Positions 43,526 through 54,254 of a stretch of 64,000 nucleotides of DNA are shown one piece after another. The translations under genes and the position numbers were made by a program. The notes beneath the pieces are model-generated. The model saw only the letters and a program-made list of their open reading frames with translations, did no database searches and was not told the origin of the DNA. Each line of letters starts with the position of its first letter. The first letter of the stretch is position 1. Where the stretch lies: NCBI GenBank assembly GCA_965205265.1, contig CBDBGH010000003.1:3200001-3264000 (forward strand), given 5' to 3'. This DNA comes from Alphaproteobacteria bacterium. GTDB lineage: Bacteria > Pseudomonadota > Alphaproteobacteria > Bin95.

Positions 43526-44428
43526 TCAGCGCCTGCGCAATGCCAGCCTGTCGCGCACCGCTTCCGGACCCAGCACCCGCACGCCCATGTTCCCCATTAT
43601 GGCGACCGCCCGGCGGACAAGGTCGGCATTGGTCGCGAGCACGCCCCGGTCGAGCCAGATATTGTCCTCCAGCCCGACCCTGACATTGCCGCCGGCAAGC
43701 ACGGCGAGCGCGGCGTAGGGAAGCTGGTTGCGGCCGAGCGAAAAGGCCGAGAAGGTCCAGCCGGCCGGCAGGTTGTTCACGAGCGACATGAGCGTGCCGA
43801 TATCGTCCGGGGCGCCCCAGGGAACGCCCATGCAGAACTGCACCATGACCGGGTCGTCGATCAGGCCCTGTCCGGCCAGCCGCTTGGCGAACGCCAGATG
43901 GCCGGTGTCGAAGACCTCGATCTCGGGCCTGACGCCGAGCGCCTGCACGCGCTTCGCCATGTCCGCCAGCATGGCCGGCGTGTTGGTCATGATGTAGTCG
44001 CCTTCGCCGAAATTCATCGTGCCGCAATCGAGCGTGCAGATTTCCGGCAGCAACTCCGCGACATGGGCGAGCCGCTCCCCGGCGCCCGCCATGTCGGTGC
44101 CCGCCTGCAAAGGCGGCAGCGGCCGGTCGGTCGGCCCGAGCGTGAGGTCGCCGCCCATGCCGGCGGTCAGATTGAGCACGACATCGGTGCCCGATTCCCG
44201 CACCCGTTCCACAACCTCGCGGTAGAGTGCCGGGTCGCGTGCCGGCCGGCCGGTTTCCGGGTCGCGCACATGGACATGGATAACCGCCGCCCCGGCGCGC
44301 GCAGCCTCGATTCCGGCCTCGGCGATTTCCGCCGGTGTCACCGGCACCCTGTCGGAGCGGCCGGTCGTGTCGCCGGCGCCGGTCAGCGCACAGGTGATGA
44401 AGGCTTCGCGGCTGGGATTGAGCGCCAT
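43526..44428 (-). CDS. Beta-keto acid cleavage enzyme (BKACE/DUF849; dehydrocarnitine cleavage-like)
   Basis: [28 protein letters not shown]. Confidence 0.9.
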   Translation of the reverse strand: MALNPSREAFITCALTGAGDTTGRSDRVPVTPAEIAEAGIEAARAGAAVIHVHVRDPETGRPARDPALYREVVERVRESGTDVVLNLTAGMGGDLTLGPTDRPLPPLQAGTDMAGAGERLAHVAELLPEICTLDCGTMNFGEGDYIMTNTPAMLADMAKRVQALGVRPEIEVFDTGHLAFAKRLAGQGLIDDPVMVQFCMGVPWGAPDDIGTLMSLVNNLPAGWTFSAFSLGRNQLPYAALAVLAGGNVRVGLEDNIWLDRGVLATNADLVRRAVAIMGNMGVRVLGPEAVRDRLALRRR

Positions 44429-44500
44429 GATCCGGTCCTCCCTGTCCGTCTTGCGCGCGCTCCTTCGGTGATGCGGCGCGGCAGGGAGTCCGTAGCCCTT

Positions 44501-44636
44501 TCAGGACGCGCCGAAACGCCCGGCTGCGTCATCGAGGCGCACGAATTCCGCACCGAGGCGGCGAAGGCCCTGGATCAGCCTTTCGAGGAACAGCATCCGG
44601 TGGCCCCGGCCGATCACGAGCGGGTGGAAGGTGTGA
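44501..44636 (-). pseudogene. 3' remnant of a polysaccharide deacetylase-like gene
   Basis: TFHPLVIGRGHRMLFLERLI..GAEFVRL resembles a NodB/PuuE-type C-terminus; upstream DNA changes abruptly to the lower-GC cas3 region. Confidence 0.65.
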
Positions 44637-44674
44637 CGATTTGGAATAGAGTCTCCCCAATCTACGGAGAGAAT

Positions 44675-46930
44675 TTGCCCCACTACGCACATAGCAGCGA
44701 TCGGGACGAGTCGGAGTGGCATTCGCTGCGCGAGCATCTGATCGAAACCGGCGCACGAGCGTCCGGATTTCTCGAACCTGTGGGCTGTGGAGAGCTGGCG
44801 CAAACAGCCGGGCTCTTGCACGACCTCGGGAAATACAGCCGAGAATTTCAAGCACGACTGCGCGGCGGCCCTCCTTGCGACCATTCGACCGCGGGCGCCA
44901 GGGTTGCAATCGAAAGATACGGAAATAGCGACGCGCGCAGAGCATCGCCCGGAAAGATGCTCGCCTTTGCAATTGCGGGTCACCATGCAGGCTTAGCCGA
45001 TGGCGTAAACGGAACGGAGCCTCGGGCGCTGGCCGACCGACTGCAAGCCGTCATTCCGGAAATAGCCCCGGTATGGCAGCAGGACCTGAGCCTTCCCCAG
45101 CTTGCGCCGCCTCCGTTGAAACCGCGCGACAGGGAAATGGCCGGTTTCTGTGCGGCTTTCGCGACCCGCATGCTCTTCTCGGCGCTCGTGGACGCCGACT
45201 TTCTCGACACCGAAGCCTGGTATGCCGGTTGCGAAGGCCATCCGGCTTTACGTGGACATCATCCTCCGCTTGCCGGGCTTCTGGATCGTCTGGATGCCTA
45301 TCTCAATGCGTTGATGGCGAGTGCTGACGATACCGAAGTTAACCGGGTGCGCTGTAGGGTTCTGGAGCGGGCCCGTGCGAAGGCGGCCGAAGCGCCGGGA
45401 CTGTTCACCTTCACTGTGCCCACGGGCGGAGGAAAGACGCTTTCGTCGCTGGCCTTCGCCCTTGAGCATGCTGTGCGCCATGATCTGGCGCGTGTGATCT
45501 ACGTCATTCCCTATACGAGCATCATCGACCAGACAACCCGCGTGTTCCGAGAAGCACTCGGAGCGGGAGACGGGGACCTGGCCGATTTTGTCGTCGAACA
45601 TCACAGTGCTTTCGACGAAGAACGGGCCCGGAACCGGGAGGCCCGGGACAAGCTGCGGCTCGCCATGGAAAATTGGGATGCGCCGATAGTTGTCACCACC
45701 GCAGTCCAGTTCTTCGAGAGCCTGTTCTCCAACAGACCTTCCCGCTGCCGCAAGCTGCACAACATTGCGAACAGCATCGTCATCCTCGACGAAGCGCAGA
45801 CTCTGCCCTTGGCATTGCTGCGGCCTTGCGTTGCCGCGCTCGATGAGCTTGTCCGGAACTGGAAGGCGAGCATCGTGCTGTGTACGGCCACCCAGCCGGC
45901 GCTCGCGGCGACGGACGGTTTCGTTGGTGGATTGACGGGATTGAGGGAGATTGCACCTGAACCGGCCGATCTGCATCGGCGTCTGCAACGCACCCGGATA
46001 CGCCAGGAGGGAATGGTAACGGACGTGGAACTGGGCGAAAGGTTGTGCGCCGTGCCGCAATCGCTTTGCATCCTGAACACGCGCCGGCATGCGCGCGAAC
46101 TCTTCGAAATGATCCGTCAGGCAACCGGAAGTGTTCATCTGAGCACCTTGATGTGCGCGGCGCACCGGGGCGAGGTGCTGCAAACAGTCCGCCACCGCCT
46201 TGCCGAAGGCGAAGCGGTGCGCCTGGTCGCCACGTCCCTGATCGAGGCGGGCGTCGATGTGGATTTTCCGGTTGTCTGGCGTGCAGAAGCCGGCCTCGAA
46301 TCGATCGTGCAGGCTGCGGGTCGATGCAATCGGGAAGGCAAGGCGGCGCTGGGCGATGTCTTCGTGTTCGAGCCTGCAGAATCCGAGGGGCGGCGGCCTC
46401 CCGGCGACGTGTCCAAGCGAGCCGATGCCGCACGCCGTGTCATGCGGCATCGCGACGACCCGGCGATGCCGGAGGCGGTCCGCTCGTATTTTCAGGACGT
46501 GTACTGGATCGAAGGCGGTGGACTGGATCGGAAAGACATTCTCCGCGCTTTTCGTGAGCGCGCGAGGAGTTTCGATTTTCCCTTCGCAACCGTGGCCAGG
46601 GACTTCCGCATGATCGAAACGGGTATGGTCCCGATCATCGTTCCTTGGCAAGGTACGGATGGCAGCGACGATATGGCTGACCGGTGTCTTCGGGAGCTGG
46701 ATTTCGTCGAGCGTCCCGGCCGCGTCGCCCGCAGTCTTCAGCCATACACAGTCCAGGTGCCGCCGCAGGTGCGTCGCAGACTGCTTGACGCGCGCGCTGT
46801 ACGATTTGTCCGCGAAGATGCTTTCGGCGAGCAGTTTGCCTTGCTGGAGAATCTGGACCTGTATCGGCCGGATATCGGGTTGACATGGGACGATCCGGCC
46901 TTCCGGATAGCGGAAGGACTTGTATTCTGA
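44675..46930 (+). CDS. cas3: CRISPR-associated helicase/nuclease Cas3
   Basis: YAHS, HDLGK, GHHAGL, LVDAD HD domain; PTGGGKT, DEAQ, TATQP, QAAGRCNR; TTG start after GGAGAG. Confidence 0.96.
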   Translation: MPHYAHSSDRDESEWHSLREHLIETGARASGFLEPVGCGELAQTAGLLHDLGKYSREFQARLRGGPPCDHSTAGARVAIERYGNSDARRASPGKMLAFAIAGHHAGLADGVNGTEPRALADRLQAVIPEIAPVWQQDLSLPQLAPPPLKPRDREMAGFCAAFATRMLFSALVDADFLDTEAWYAGCEGHPALRGHHPPLAGLLDRLDAYLNALMASADDTEVNRVRCRVLERARAKAAEAPGLFTFTVPTGGGKTLSSLAFALEHAVRHDLARVIYVIPYTSIIDQTTRVFREALGAGDGDLADFVVEHHSAFDEERARNREARDKLRLAMENWDAPIVVTTAVQFFESLFSNRPSRCRKLHNIANSIVILDEAQTLPLALLRPCVAALDELVRNWKASIVLCTATQPALAATDGFVGGLTGLREIAPEPADLHRRLQRTRIRQEGMVTDVELGERLCAVPQSLCILNTRRHARELFEMIRQATGSVHLSTLMCAAHRGEVLQTVRHRLAEGEAVRLVATSLIEAGVDVDFPVVWRAEAGLESIVQAAGRCNREGKAALGDVFVFEPAESEGRRPPGDVSKRADAARRVMRHRDDPAMPEAVRSYFQDVYWIEGGGLDRKDILRAFRERARSFDFPFATVARDFRMIETGMVPIIVPWQGTDGSDDMADRCLRELDFVERPGRVARSLQPYTVQVPPQVRRRLLDARAVRFVREDAFGEQFALLENLDLYRPDIGLTWDDPAFRIAEGLVF

Positions 46931-47004
46931 CGGATGCCGCGACGACAAAGAGCTATATTTGGTTCGATTTTCGCGACGATCCGGGTTTCGGGAGAGCTTG
47001 GGCG

Positions 47005-47676
47005 ATGCCGTACGGGATAAGGCTGCACGTCTGGGGCGAGTATGCGTGCTTCACGCGGCCCGAGATGAAGGTCGAGCGCGTGAGCTACGACGCCATGACG
47101 CCGTCAGCCGCTCGCGGCATCCTGGAGGCGATCCACTGGAAGCCTGCGATTCGCTGGGAAGTCGACCGCATTCACGTCCTGAGGCCGATCCGGTTCGAGA
47201 CGCTGCGGAGGAACGAACTGGGCAACAAGATTCCGGCAGGCAACGTTACGAAGGCGATGCGGGCCGGATCGACCGAGGGCTTGCGGACCGTTGTCGAAGA
47301 CGACCGCCAACAGCGGGCCGCCACATTGCTGCGAGACGTGGGATATGTGATCGAGGCGCATTTCGTGTTGACTGCGGCGGCGGGTCCCGACGATTCGGAG
47401 GTGAAGCACCTGGCCATGTTCAACCGGCGCGCCGCGAGAGGGCAATGTTTCCATCGGCCCTATCTCGGAACCCGCGAGTTCGCGGCGGACTTTGAGCTGG
47501 TTGACGATACGATGCCCATGTCGTCCCTGCCCGAAACCGATCGGGACCGGGATCTGGGCTGGATGTTGTTCGACATTGACTATGCCGACGGTTCCTCGCC
47601 CCGTTTCTTCCGCGCCCGGCTCAGCGGTGGCGTGATCGAAGTGCCGGCATGGAATTCGCCGGAGGTCCGAGCATGA
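47005..47676 (+). CDS. cas5: Type I-C Cas5 (Cas5c/Cas5d)
   Basis: WGEYACFTRPEMKVERVSY..TPSAARGILEAIHWKP, PYLGTREF. Confidence 0.96.
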   Translation: MPYGIRLHVWGEYACFTRPEMKVERVSYDAMTPSAARGILEAIHWKPAIRWEVDRIHVLRPIRFETLRRNELGNKIPAGNVTKAMRAGSTEGLRTVVEDDRQQRAATLLRDVGYVIEAHFVLTAAAGPDDSEVKHLAMFNRRAARGQCFHRPYLGTREFAADFELVDDTMPMSSLPETDRDRDLGWMLFDIDYADGSSPRFFRARLSGGVIEVPAWNSPEVRA

Positions 47677-49124
47677 CGATTCTTCAGGCCCTCGCCGGTC
47701 ACTATGACCGTATCGCGTCCAGAGGCGCGGCGCCGCCCTACGGTTTTTCTAATGAGAAGATTTCGTATGCCATTCTGTTGTCGCAGGACGGACGGGCGGT
47801 AGATGTCCAATCCCTTCAGGACATGTCGGGAAAGAAACCGCGGCCGGGCATCCAGGCTGTTCCCCGGCCTGTGAAACGGACTTCCGGGATCGCATCCAAC
47901 TTCCTCTGGGACAAGACCGCCTACGCTCTTGGCGTGAAGGCCGGTGCCGACGCCGGAGACTTTGTGCTTGCTGAACGTGAGTTCGCGGCCTTCAAGAATC
48001 TGCATGAGGATCTGCTGGCCGGTTCCGAAGACGAAGGATTGTCGGCGTTTTTGGCTTTCTTGAGATCATGGGAACCGGCGTCGTATGGGATTCTGCGGCA
48101 TGCCAAGGACATGCTCGGCACAAACGTGGTTTTCTGCTTGGACGACGGAGAACGCCGGTTTCTGCATGAACGGCCAGCGGCGCGGGCCGTATGGGCGAAC
48201 CATCTCGATCGGGGCGGCTCCGAAGGCTTGTGTCTGGTTACCGGCGACCGAGGGCCGGTCGCACGCCTGCATCCGGCAGTGAAGGGTGTGCGAGGTGCTC
48301 AATCCGGGGGCGCCTCGATCGTATCCTTCAATCTTGACGCGTCCGAATCCTTCGACAAACGCCAGGGAGCCAATGCGCCGGTCTCTGAACGGGCCGCATT
48401 TGCCTATACAACAGCGTTGAACGCCTTGCTTGCACCCGACAGCGGTCAGCGCATCCAGATCGGCGATACGACGACGGTCTTCTGGGCAGAGGCAGCGGAT
48501 CCGAAACAGTCGGAGGCTGCGGAAGGCCTGTTTTCAATGTTGGCTGAACCGCCAACGAACGAGCAGGCGGCTGCAAGGGTTCGGGACAAGCTCCAGGCGA
48601 TTGCCGAAGGGCGCCCCCTTGCCGAAGCCGCACCCGATGTCCGGGAGGACACTCGGTTCTACGTGCTCGGTCTGGCGCCGAATGCCGCGCGGCTGTCCAT
48701 CAGGTTCTGGTATGCGGAGACTATCGGCGCATTTGCCGAGCGGATCGTCCAGCATTGGCGTGATCTGCAGCTGGAGCCGGTACCGTGGACATCGCCGCCG
48801 CCTGTCTGGCGTTTGCTTTACGAGACCGCACCGCAGCGCAAGGCTGACAATATCCCGCCGACGCTCGGTGGGGCCTTGATGCGCGCCATACTGACCGATA
48901 TGCCTTATCCGCGCTCGCTGCTGGCGGCCGTGGTGACGCGCATGCGCGCCGACAAGGATATCAATGGAACGCGCGCAGCTATCTGCAAGGCCGTTATGGC
49001 GCGCAATCACCGCCTAGGCTTCGAAGAGGAGACTGCCCCAGTGAGCCTGAATCCCGAGGAGAGAAACCCGGCCTACCGGCTCGGGCGCTTGTTTGCCGTT
49101 TACGAAGGGCTGCAGCGCTCAGCC
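47673..49124 (+). pseudogene. cas8c: Type I-C Cas8c/Csd1, 3'-truncated by IS1634
   Basis: NFLWDKTAY, CLVTG, SIVSFN, LAPNAARLS, AYRLGRLFAVYE..Q, then runs into the IS end. Confidence 0.93.
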
Positions 49125-51040
49125 CCTGACTTCGACGGTTGATTCGCATAAGTAGTTGATATTGCCTGGTTCTCATTTCGGCTAGGCACTACATCCGGCA
49201 TTTCTTCGAGCCGTGCTTCGTCGACGGTCAGGCGAGTTGATACGGGGTGATCGTCAGGGGCAGCCCCATGGTTGCGTAAATCTGCTCCGCCGCCGGTGTC
49301 GGCTTCGAGGGGATGACGTAGCGGTTGCCCGATTGCCGACAGCGCAGCAGGGAGCACTGGCGGTGGACGAGGGCGGAGCGGATGACCTCCGGGGACATCC
49401 GCCGCTTCTGGATGGCGACGCGGTACGCAAGGTGTCGAACGCAGGCGAAGGCCAGGAAGGCGATGGCGATGTGAGCGCGGATCCGGTCCGGGTTCCAGTG
49501 CCAGATGGGACGTATCTTCAGGTCGTGTTTGGTGATCCGGAAGCTCTCCTCGACCTGCCAGAGCCCCTGGTAGTGAGCCATCACTTCGGTGACGCGCGCG
49601 TCGCGCAGATTGGTGATGACGCCGGTGAGCCCGTCCCATCGTGCGGCCTCGGCGATCTTCTCCGGGTTCACCGTGAGCCGTGCGTCGCCCTCGACGGCGA
49701 TGAAGCGCTTCGCCCCGTGATTGGAGAGCAGTTCCCTGGGATTGTCGCTGCGGGCCAGCCTGTCGAGCAGGCGTTCCACCTGATGGCGGCGCTCGTGCGC
49801 GTCCTTGCGTGCGCGCTGGGGGCAGAAGACGACGATCAGGCGACGGCCCTTGTACTCCCACTCGCCGACCCGGCGGTCCTGTGAGCCCTCCAGCGGGGCA
49901 TAGGTCCCGGGGTCGAGAACCTGCCCCAGCAGCGCGAGCGGCAGCTTGCGCAGCCGCGCGCCGACGACATACTCGCCGCCGATGGCGTCCATGGCGTCGA
50001 GGTTGTCGGCGCTCAGCATGCCCCGGTCGGCCACGCATACCGTGCGCTCCACCTGGTGGCGGCGCTGCATGTCCTGCAGGACCGGGACCATGCTGTGTCC
50101 CTCGTAGGTGGCGCCGGGGAAGACCTCGTAGCTGATCGGCAGCCCTTCGCGCGTCACCATCAGCGCCAGCAGAACCTGCGAGTCCTTGTGTTTGCCGTCC
50201 TTGCTGAAGCCGTGCTGGCGAAGCTCGTCCTCGGCGGCCGTCTCGAAGTAGAGCGTGGTGCAATCGAAGAAGAGGATCGCGACCGGCTCCGGCAGCAGCG
50301 ACCGGCTCGCCTCGCCGACGCGCGTGCGCAGTCGCTCGATCACCGTCGCGTCGAGCTGATCCATCATCCGGTAGACCTTCTCGAGCGGAAGACTCACGCC
50401 GAAGTCCTCCTCGAGCCGGCGCACGCTGCCCCGCTTGCTGTCGGGGTTGGCTACCCGCGCCATCACCACATGGAACAGCGCGTCATGGGAGGCCCGGTAG
50501 CGCGAGCGCGGCAGCAGCGCGTCGAGGCCCAGCAGCCGGTAGATCTCGCCATAGACCTCGTGGATGCCTGTGATCAGGCGCTGCTCCTCTTCAAGCTGCT
50601 TGAGGTCGACCGGGAGTTCCTCCTTGCCGTCCCCCCGGCGGCCGACACGGATCGCCTGCTCAGCGATCTTCTCGGGCGCAAACAATGCCGGCTGACGCTC
50701 GTCCTCCAGCTTCGCCTTGACGTACTCGCCGAGCTGCCTCAGGCGCTCGAGCTCGTCCTCGTCCATGGCCACGCCGACATGGCGGACGATGCGCTGTCGG
50801 ACCTTGCCGCCGTCGCGCACGGCCTCGACGATCTGGACCGAGCGTCGCGGGCTGTTGGGGGAGGTCTTGATGCGCACGAACATGGGGGGAGTGTAGCGCG
50901 TGGCGGAGGCATTGACAGTCTCAAAGATTTACTAGGCACTACAACGCAGCTTGACCGCACCGCAACTGCCAACTCATTGGCTTTACTGAAAACTCCAGAC
51001 GCGAGATCGGTCAGAAGTCAGCCCAACCGTCGAAGTCAGG
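49125..51040 (-). mobile_element. IS1634 family element, copy 2 (inverted, no target duplication seen)
   Basis: Same inverted repeats and length (1916 bp) as copy 1; identical translated transposase. Confidence 0.93.
49228..50883 (-). CDS. IS1634 family transposase
   Basis: Identical 551-aa translation to 38337-39992. Confidence 0.93.
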   Translation of the reverse strand: MFVRIKTSPNSPRRSVQIVEAVRDGGKVRQRIVRHVGVAMDEDELERLRQLGEYVKAKLEDERQPALFAPEKIAEQAIRVGRRGDGKEELPVDLKQLEEEQRLITGIHEVYGEIYRLLGLDALLPRSRYRASHDALFHVVMARVANPDSKRGSVRRLEEDFGVSLPLEKVYRMMDQLDATVIERLRTRVGEASRSLLPEPVAILFFDCTTLYFETAAEDELRQHGFSKDGKHKDSQVLLALMVTREGLPISYEVFPGATYEGHSMVPVLQDMQRRHQVERTVCVADRGMLSADNLDAMDAIGGEYVVGARLRKLPLALLGQVLDPGTYAPLEGSQDRRVGEWEYKGRRLIVVFCPQRARKDAHERRHQVERLLDRLARSDNPRELLSNHGAKRFIAVEGDARLTVNPEKIAEAARWDGLTGVITNLRDARVTEVMAHYQGLWQVEESFRITKHDLKIRPIWHWNPDRIRAHIAIAFLAFACVRHLAYRVAIQKRRMSPEVIRSALVHRQCSLLRCRQSGNRYVIPSKPTPAAEQIYATMGLPLTITPYQLA

Positions 51041-52559
51041 AGCAGGGTCGCCCCCCGCGCGGGGGGCGCGGATTGAAACTGGCGCGGCACGGCGGTCTTC
51101 GGCGCGCTCGACAGTCGCCCCCCGCGCGGGGGGCGCGGATTGAAACCGCACCGACTGCGCGCGCGTGAGGCGGATGTGGCGTCGCCCCCCGCGCGGGGGG
51201 CGCGGATTGAAACGCAATCATTCGACCGAGGCCGTCGAGCGGGCGCAAGTCGCCCCCCGCGCGGGGGGCGCGGATTGAAACATTGTCATCGGTCACAGGC
51301 CAGTAATCCAGCGCGAGTCGCCCCCCGCGCGGGGGGCGCGGATTGAAACAACGATCAAGAATGCCAGATCCTTCTGCACGCCCGTCGCCCCCCGCGCGGG
51401 GGGCGCGGATTGAAACATTGTCGTCGGTCACGGGCCAGTAATCCAGCGCGAGTCGCCCCCCGCGCGGGGGGCGCGGATTGAAACCGAGCTCGCCTGGGAC
51501 ACGGGCTTCGTGCCGGGCGTCGCCCCCCGCGCGGGGGGCGCGGATTGAAACAACTTTTTCCCGCGCGGCTTCCGGATCGGCGCGAGTCGCCCCCCGCGCG
51601 GGGGGCGCGGATTGAAACCCCCACTGATTTTGCTGATGATCCTGCTGATCTGGTCGCCCCCCGCGCGGGGGGCGCGGATTGAAACCCCATGGCCAAGCGG
51701 CAGGAAACCCTCCTCATGAGGTCGCCCCCCGCGCGGGGGGCGCGGATTGAAACATTTATACGCGCGATGGCGGGCGGTCGTGGAACCGGTCGCCCCCCGC
51801 GCGGGGGGCGCGGATTGAAACTGGTGCTGGAAACCGGCATCGATCCTGAGGCGCGTCGCCCCCCGCGCGGGGGGCGCGGATTGAAACGAGCGGATCGTCG
51901 AGAAGCTTGTCCGCGTGCGTCGTCGCCCCCCGCGCGGGGGGCGCGGATTGAAACCTTCACGGCCTCGTTGACAGAAAATCTTCCGGAAGGTCGCCCCCCG
52001 CGCGGGGGGCGCGGATTGAAACGCTTTGCGTCCGGCGACGAATGCGGCGAATGGGAAAGTCGCCCCCCGCGCGGGGGGCGCGGATTGAAACGACACGACC
52101 ATCTACGCCCGCCATCCGCTGTTTGGTCGCCCCCCGCGCGGGGGGCGCGGATTGAAACAGCCTCGATCAGCGCCGGGTGCTGGCGCAGGGGGTCGCCCCC
52201 CGCGCGGGGGGCGCGGATTGAAACATTGCCCAGCAGTGATCGGTGTGCGGAAAACACCGGTCGCCCCCCGCGCGGGGGGCGCGGATTGAAACCTCCTTCC
52301 ACGGGATATCCTCCCTGGAAGCTTTCGTCGCCCCCCGCGCGGGGGGCGCGGATTGAAACATTGCCCAGCAGTGATCGGTGTGCGGAAAACACCGGTCGCC
52401 CCCCGCGCGGGGGGCGCGGATTGAAACCTCCTTCCACGGGATATCCTCCCTGGAAGCTTTCGTCGCCCCCCGCGCGGGGGGCGCGGATTGAAACCTCCTT
52501 CCACGGGATATCCTCCCTGGAAGCTTTCGTCGCCCCCCGCGCGGGGGGCGCGGATTGAA

Positions 52560-54254
52560 CCTAAATCCGGCGGTTGGAGGGCGTGATCGCCCTCTCGGCG
52601 CGGTTGGAATGGTCGATTTCGGGTTCGATTTCAGCACGCTGGCGCGGCCCGAGGGGGCGGCAGCCAGGGCTGACGGCCCGGCTCGCGGCCGTGGAGGTAT
52701 TTTTTGAGCGCTTCGGCGAGGATCCGGCGCCAGCGATCCTCGGCGCTCAACTGCTCCGCACTTTGCCTCACGGTCCGGAAGAAGCCGGCGATCCGCCGCA
52801 GGGCAGCAGCCACCGCCTCGCGCCGCCCGTGGTGGGAGGTCACCGTCAGCCGGGGCTGGCCGGCGTGCCAGGTCTGGCGGGCGACGCCGTGCAGCAGCAG
52901 CGGCCGGCTGGTGATCGCCTCGCGGTGGCGCTCGGGACCGGCGAGGCGGACGAAGAGGCTCCACCAGTCGTAGATGAGCGCGATCAGCCGGGCCATGTGG
53001 CGGCAGCGCGTCAGGTCGTGCGTGGTGAAGCCTCCCCAGCCCCACTGGTTCTTCAACTCGTCGAAGCCGTTCTCCGCGTCGGCCCGGTCGCGGTAGAGCT
53101 GGGCCACAGAGCGCACCTCCAGATCGAGCGAGGTGGCCAGCACCGCGAACTCCCATACCCCGGTGCCGGGCTGCGCCTCGGTCCAGAACAGCTCGCCCTG
53201 GGCGGTGTCGCCGCGCGTCAGCGCCAGTGTCGCCGGAAGCCGGCGGCGCAGAACCACGGCCCGGCGCAACCGGCTCCAGCCCTGCAAGCGCAGATCGGCC
53301 CCGATCCCCTGCCAGCCCTGGCCCGCATCCTCCCAGCCGTCCCGCGCCATCTGCCGCTCGGCAAGCCGGCGCGCGCCCCTGGTCAGGCGCAGCTTGAACA
53401 GATAGTCCAGACCCGCCGCCTCGCACGACGCCATGTTGCCCTCGCTGCCCCAGTCCTTGTCCCCCCGCACCAGGCGCGGCCAGCGGTCCCGGCCGAGACG
53501 GTCCAGCAAAGCCCACAAGGACGGCGCCGCCCGGTTCGAGCGGTGATGATTGCCCGGCGCAACCTCGACATCCAGAACCAGCCGCGTGCCCGCCATCAGG
53601 AACGCATGGCAGGCGTGCGAGGGACGGCCCGGCTTCTTCGGGTTGTAGCTCACCACCGCCCCCTCCTGGCGGCCGTAGAGCGGCTTGATCGTCGTGTCGC
53701 AGTCCAGAACCCAAGGCTCGCTCAGCAGCGGGCGGACCGTGTCGTCGAGATGGCCCTGAAGCCACGTTGTGCCCTCATCCGCCCCGGTCCGCTCCAGACC
53801 GCGCCGGACCGAATCCTCGCTCGCGACCTTGCCCATCCCCAACAGCGCCGGGTTCACCCCGTCCCCGCGCAGCGCCGTGATGTGCGCATGGCGAGACTGG
53901 CCCGCCAGAACCGAAAGCAGCACCGTCCCCAGAACGTCCCGCTTCGAAGGCGCGTTCGGGCTCGTGTAGACGAGCGGGCAGTCCGCCACCAGCGCCTCGA
54001 AGCGACCGCTCACCTTCAGATATTCCGCGAAGAACGCCAGATGGCCAAGCGGCGTCACCGCCGCATCCGGGTCCCATTCGACGTGAACCGTGCCGCCGAA
54101 GGTGTCCACCTTCACAGCCTCGCAGGCGAGGTCCCGCACAGCGCCAGAACCCTCACCCGCAGGGTGACCCTCTCGGCCCCATCCAAATCCGCTCATACCC
54201 GCAGTCTACAAGGGCCACGGCGAATCCAGACCCCGATCAACTGCCGGATTTAGG
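52560..54254 (-). mobile_element. IS1380 family element inside CRISPR repeat 23
   Basis: Inverted repeats CCTAAATCCGGC(G/A)GTTG; 5-bp duplication TTGAA (52555-52559, 54255-54259). Confidence 0.92.
52631..54196 (-). CDS. IS1380-like DDE transposase
   Basis: LDCDTT..YGRQEG..YNP, VRGD, YRDRADAEN.FDELK. Confidence 0.88.
   Translation of the reverse strand: MSGFGWGREGHPAGEGSGAVRDLACEAVKVDTFGGTVHVEWDPDAAVTPLGHLAFFAEYLKVSGRFEALVADCPLVYTSPNAPSKRDVLGTVLLSVLAGQSRHAHITALRGDGVNPALLGMGKVASEDSVRRGLERTGADEGTTWLQGHLDDTVRPLLSEPWVLDCDTTIKPLYGRQEGAVVSYNPKKPGRPSHACHAFLMAGTRLVLDVEVAPGNHHRSNRAAPSLWALLDRLGRDRWPRLVRGDKDWGSEGNMASCEAAGLDYLFKLRLTRGARRLAERQMARDGWEDAGQGWQGIGADLRLQGWSRLRRAVVLRRRLPATLALTRGDTAQGELFWTEAQPGTGVWEFAVLATSLDLEVRSVAQLYRDRADAENGFDELKNQWGWGGFTTHDLTRCRHMARLIALIYDWWSLFVRLAGPERHREAITSRPLLLHGVARQTWHAGQPRLTVTSHHGRREAVAAALRRIAGFFRTVRQSAEQLSAEDRWRRILAEALKKYLHGREPGRQPWLPPPRAAPAC

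Noticed and set aside
43898-44674. Apparent N-terminal extension of Cas3 (1010-aa ORF)
   Set aside because: It is antisense to the BKACE gene and the deacetylase remnant; Cas3 homology and an RBS begin at about 44675.
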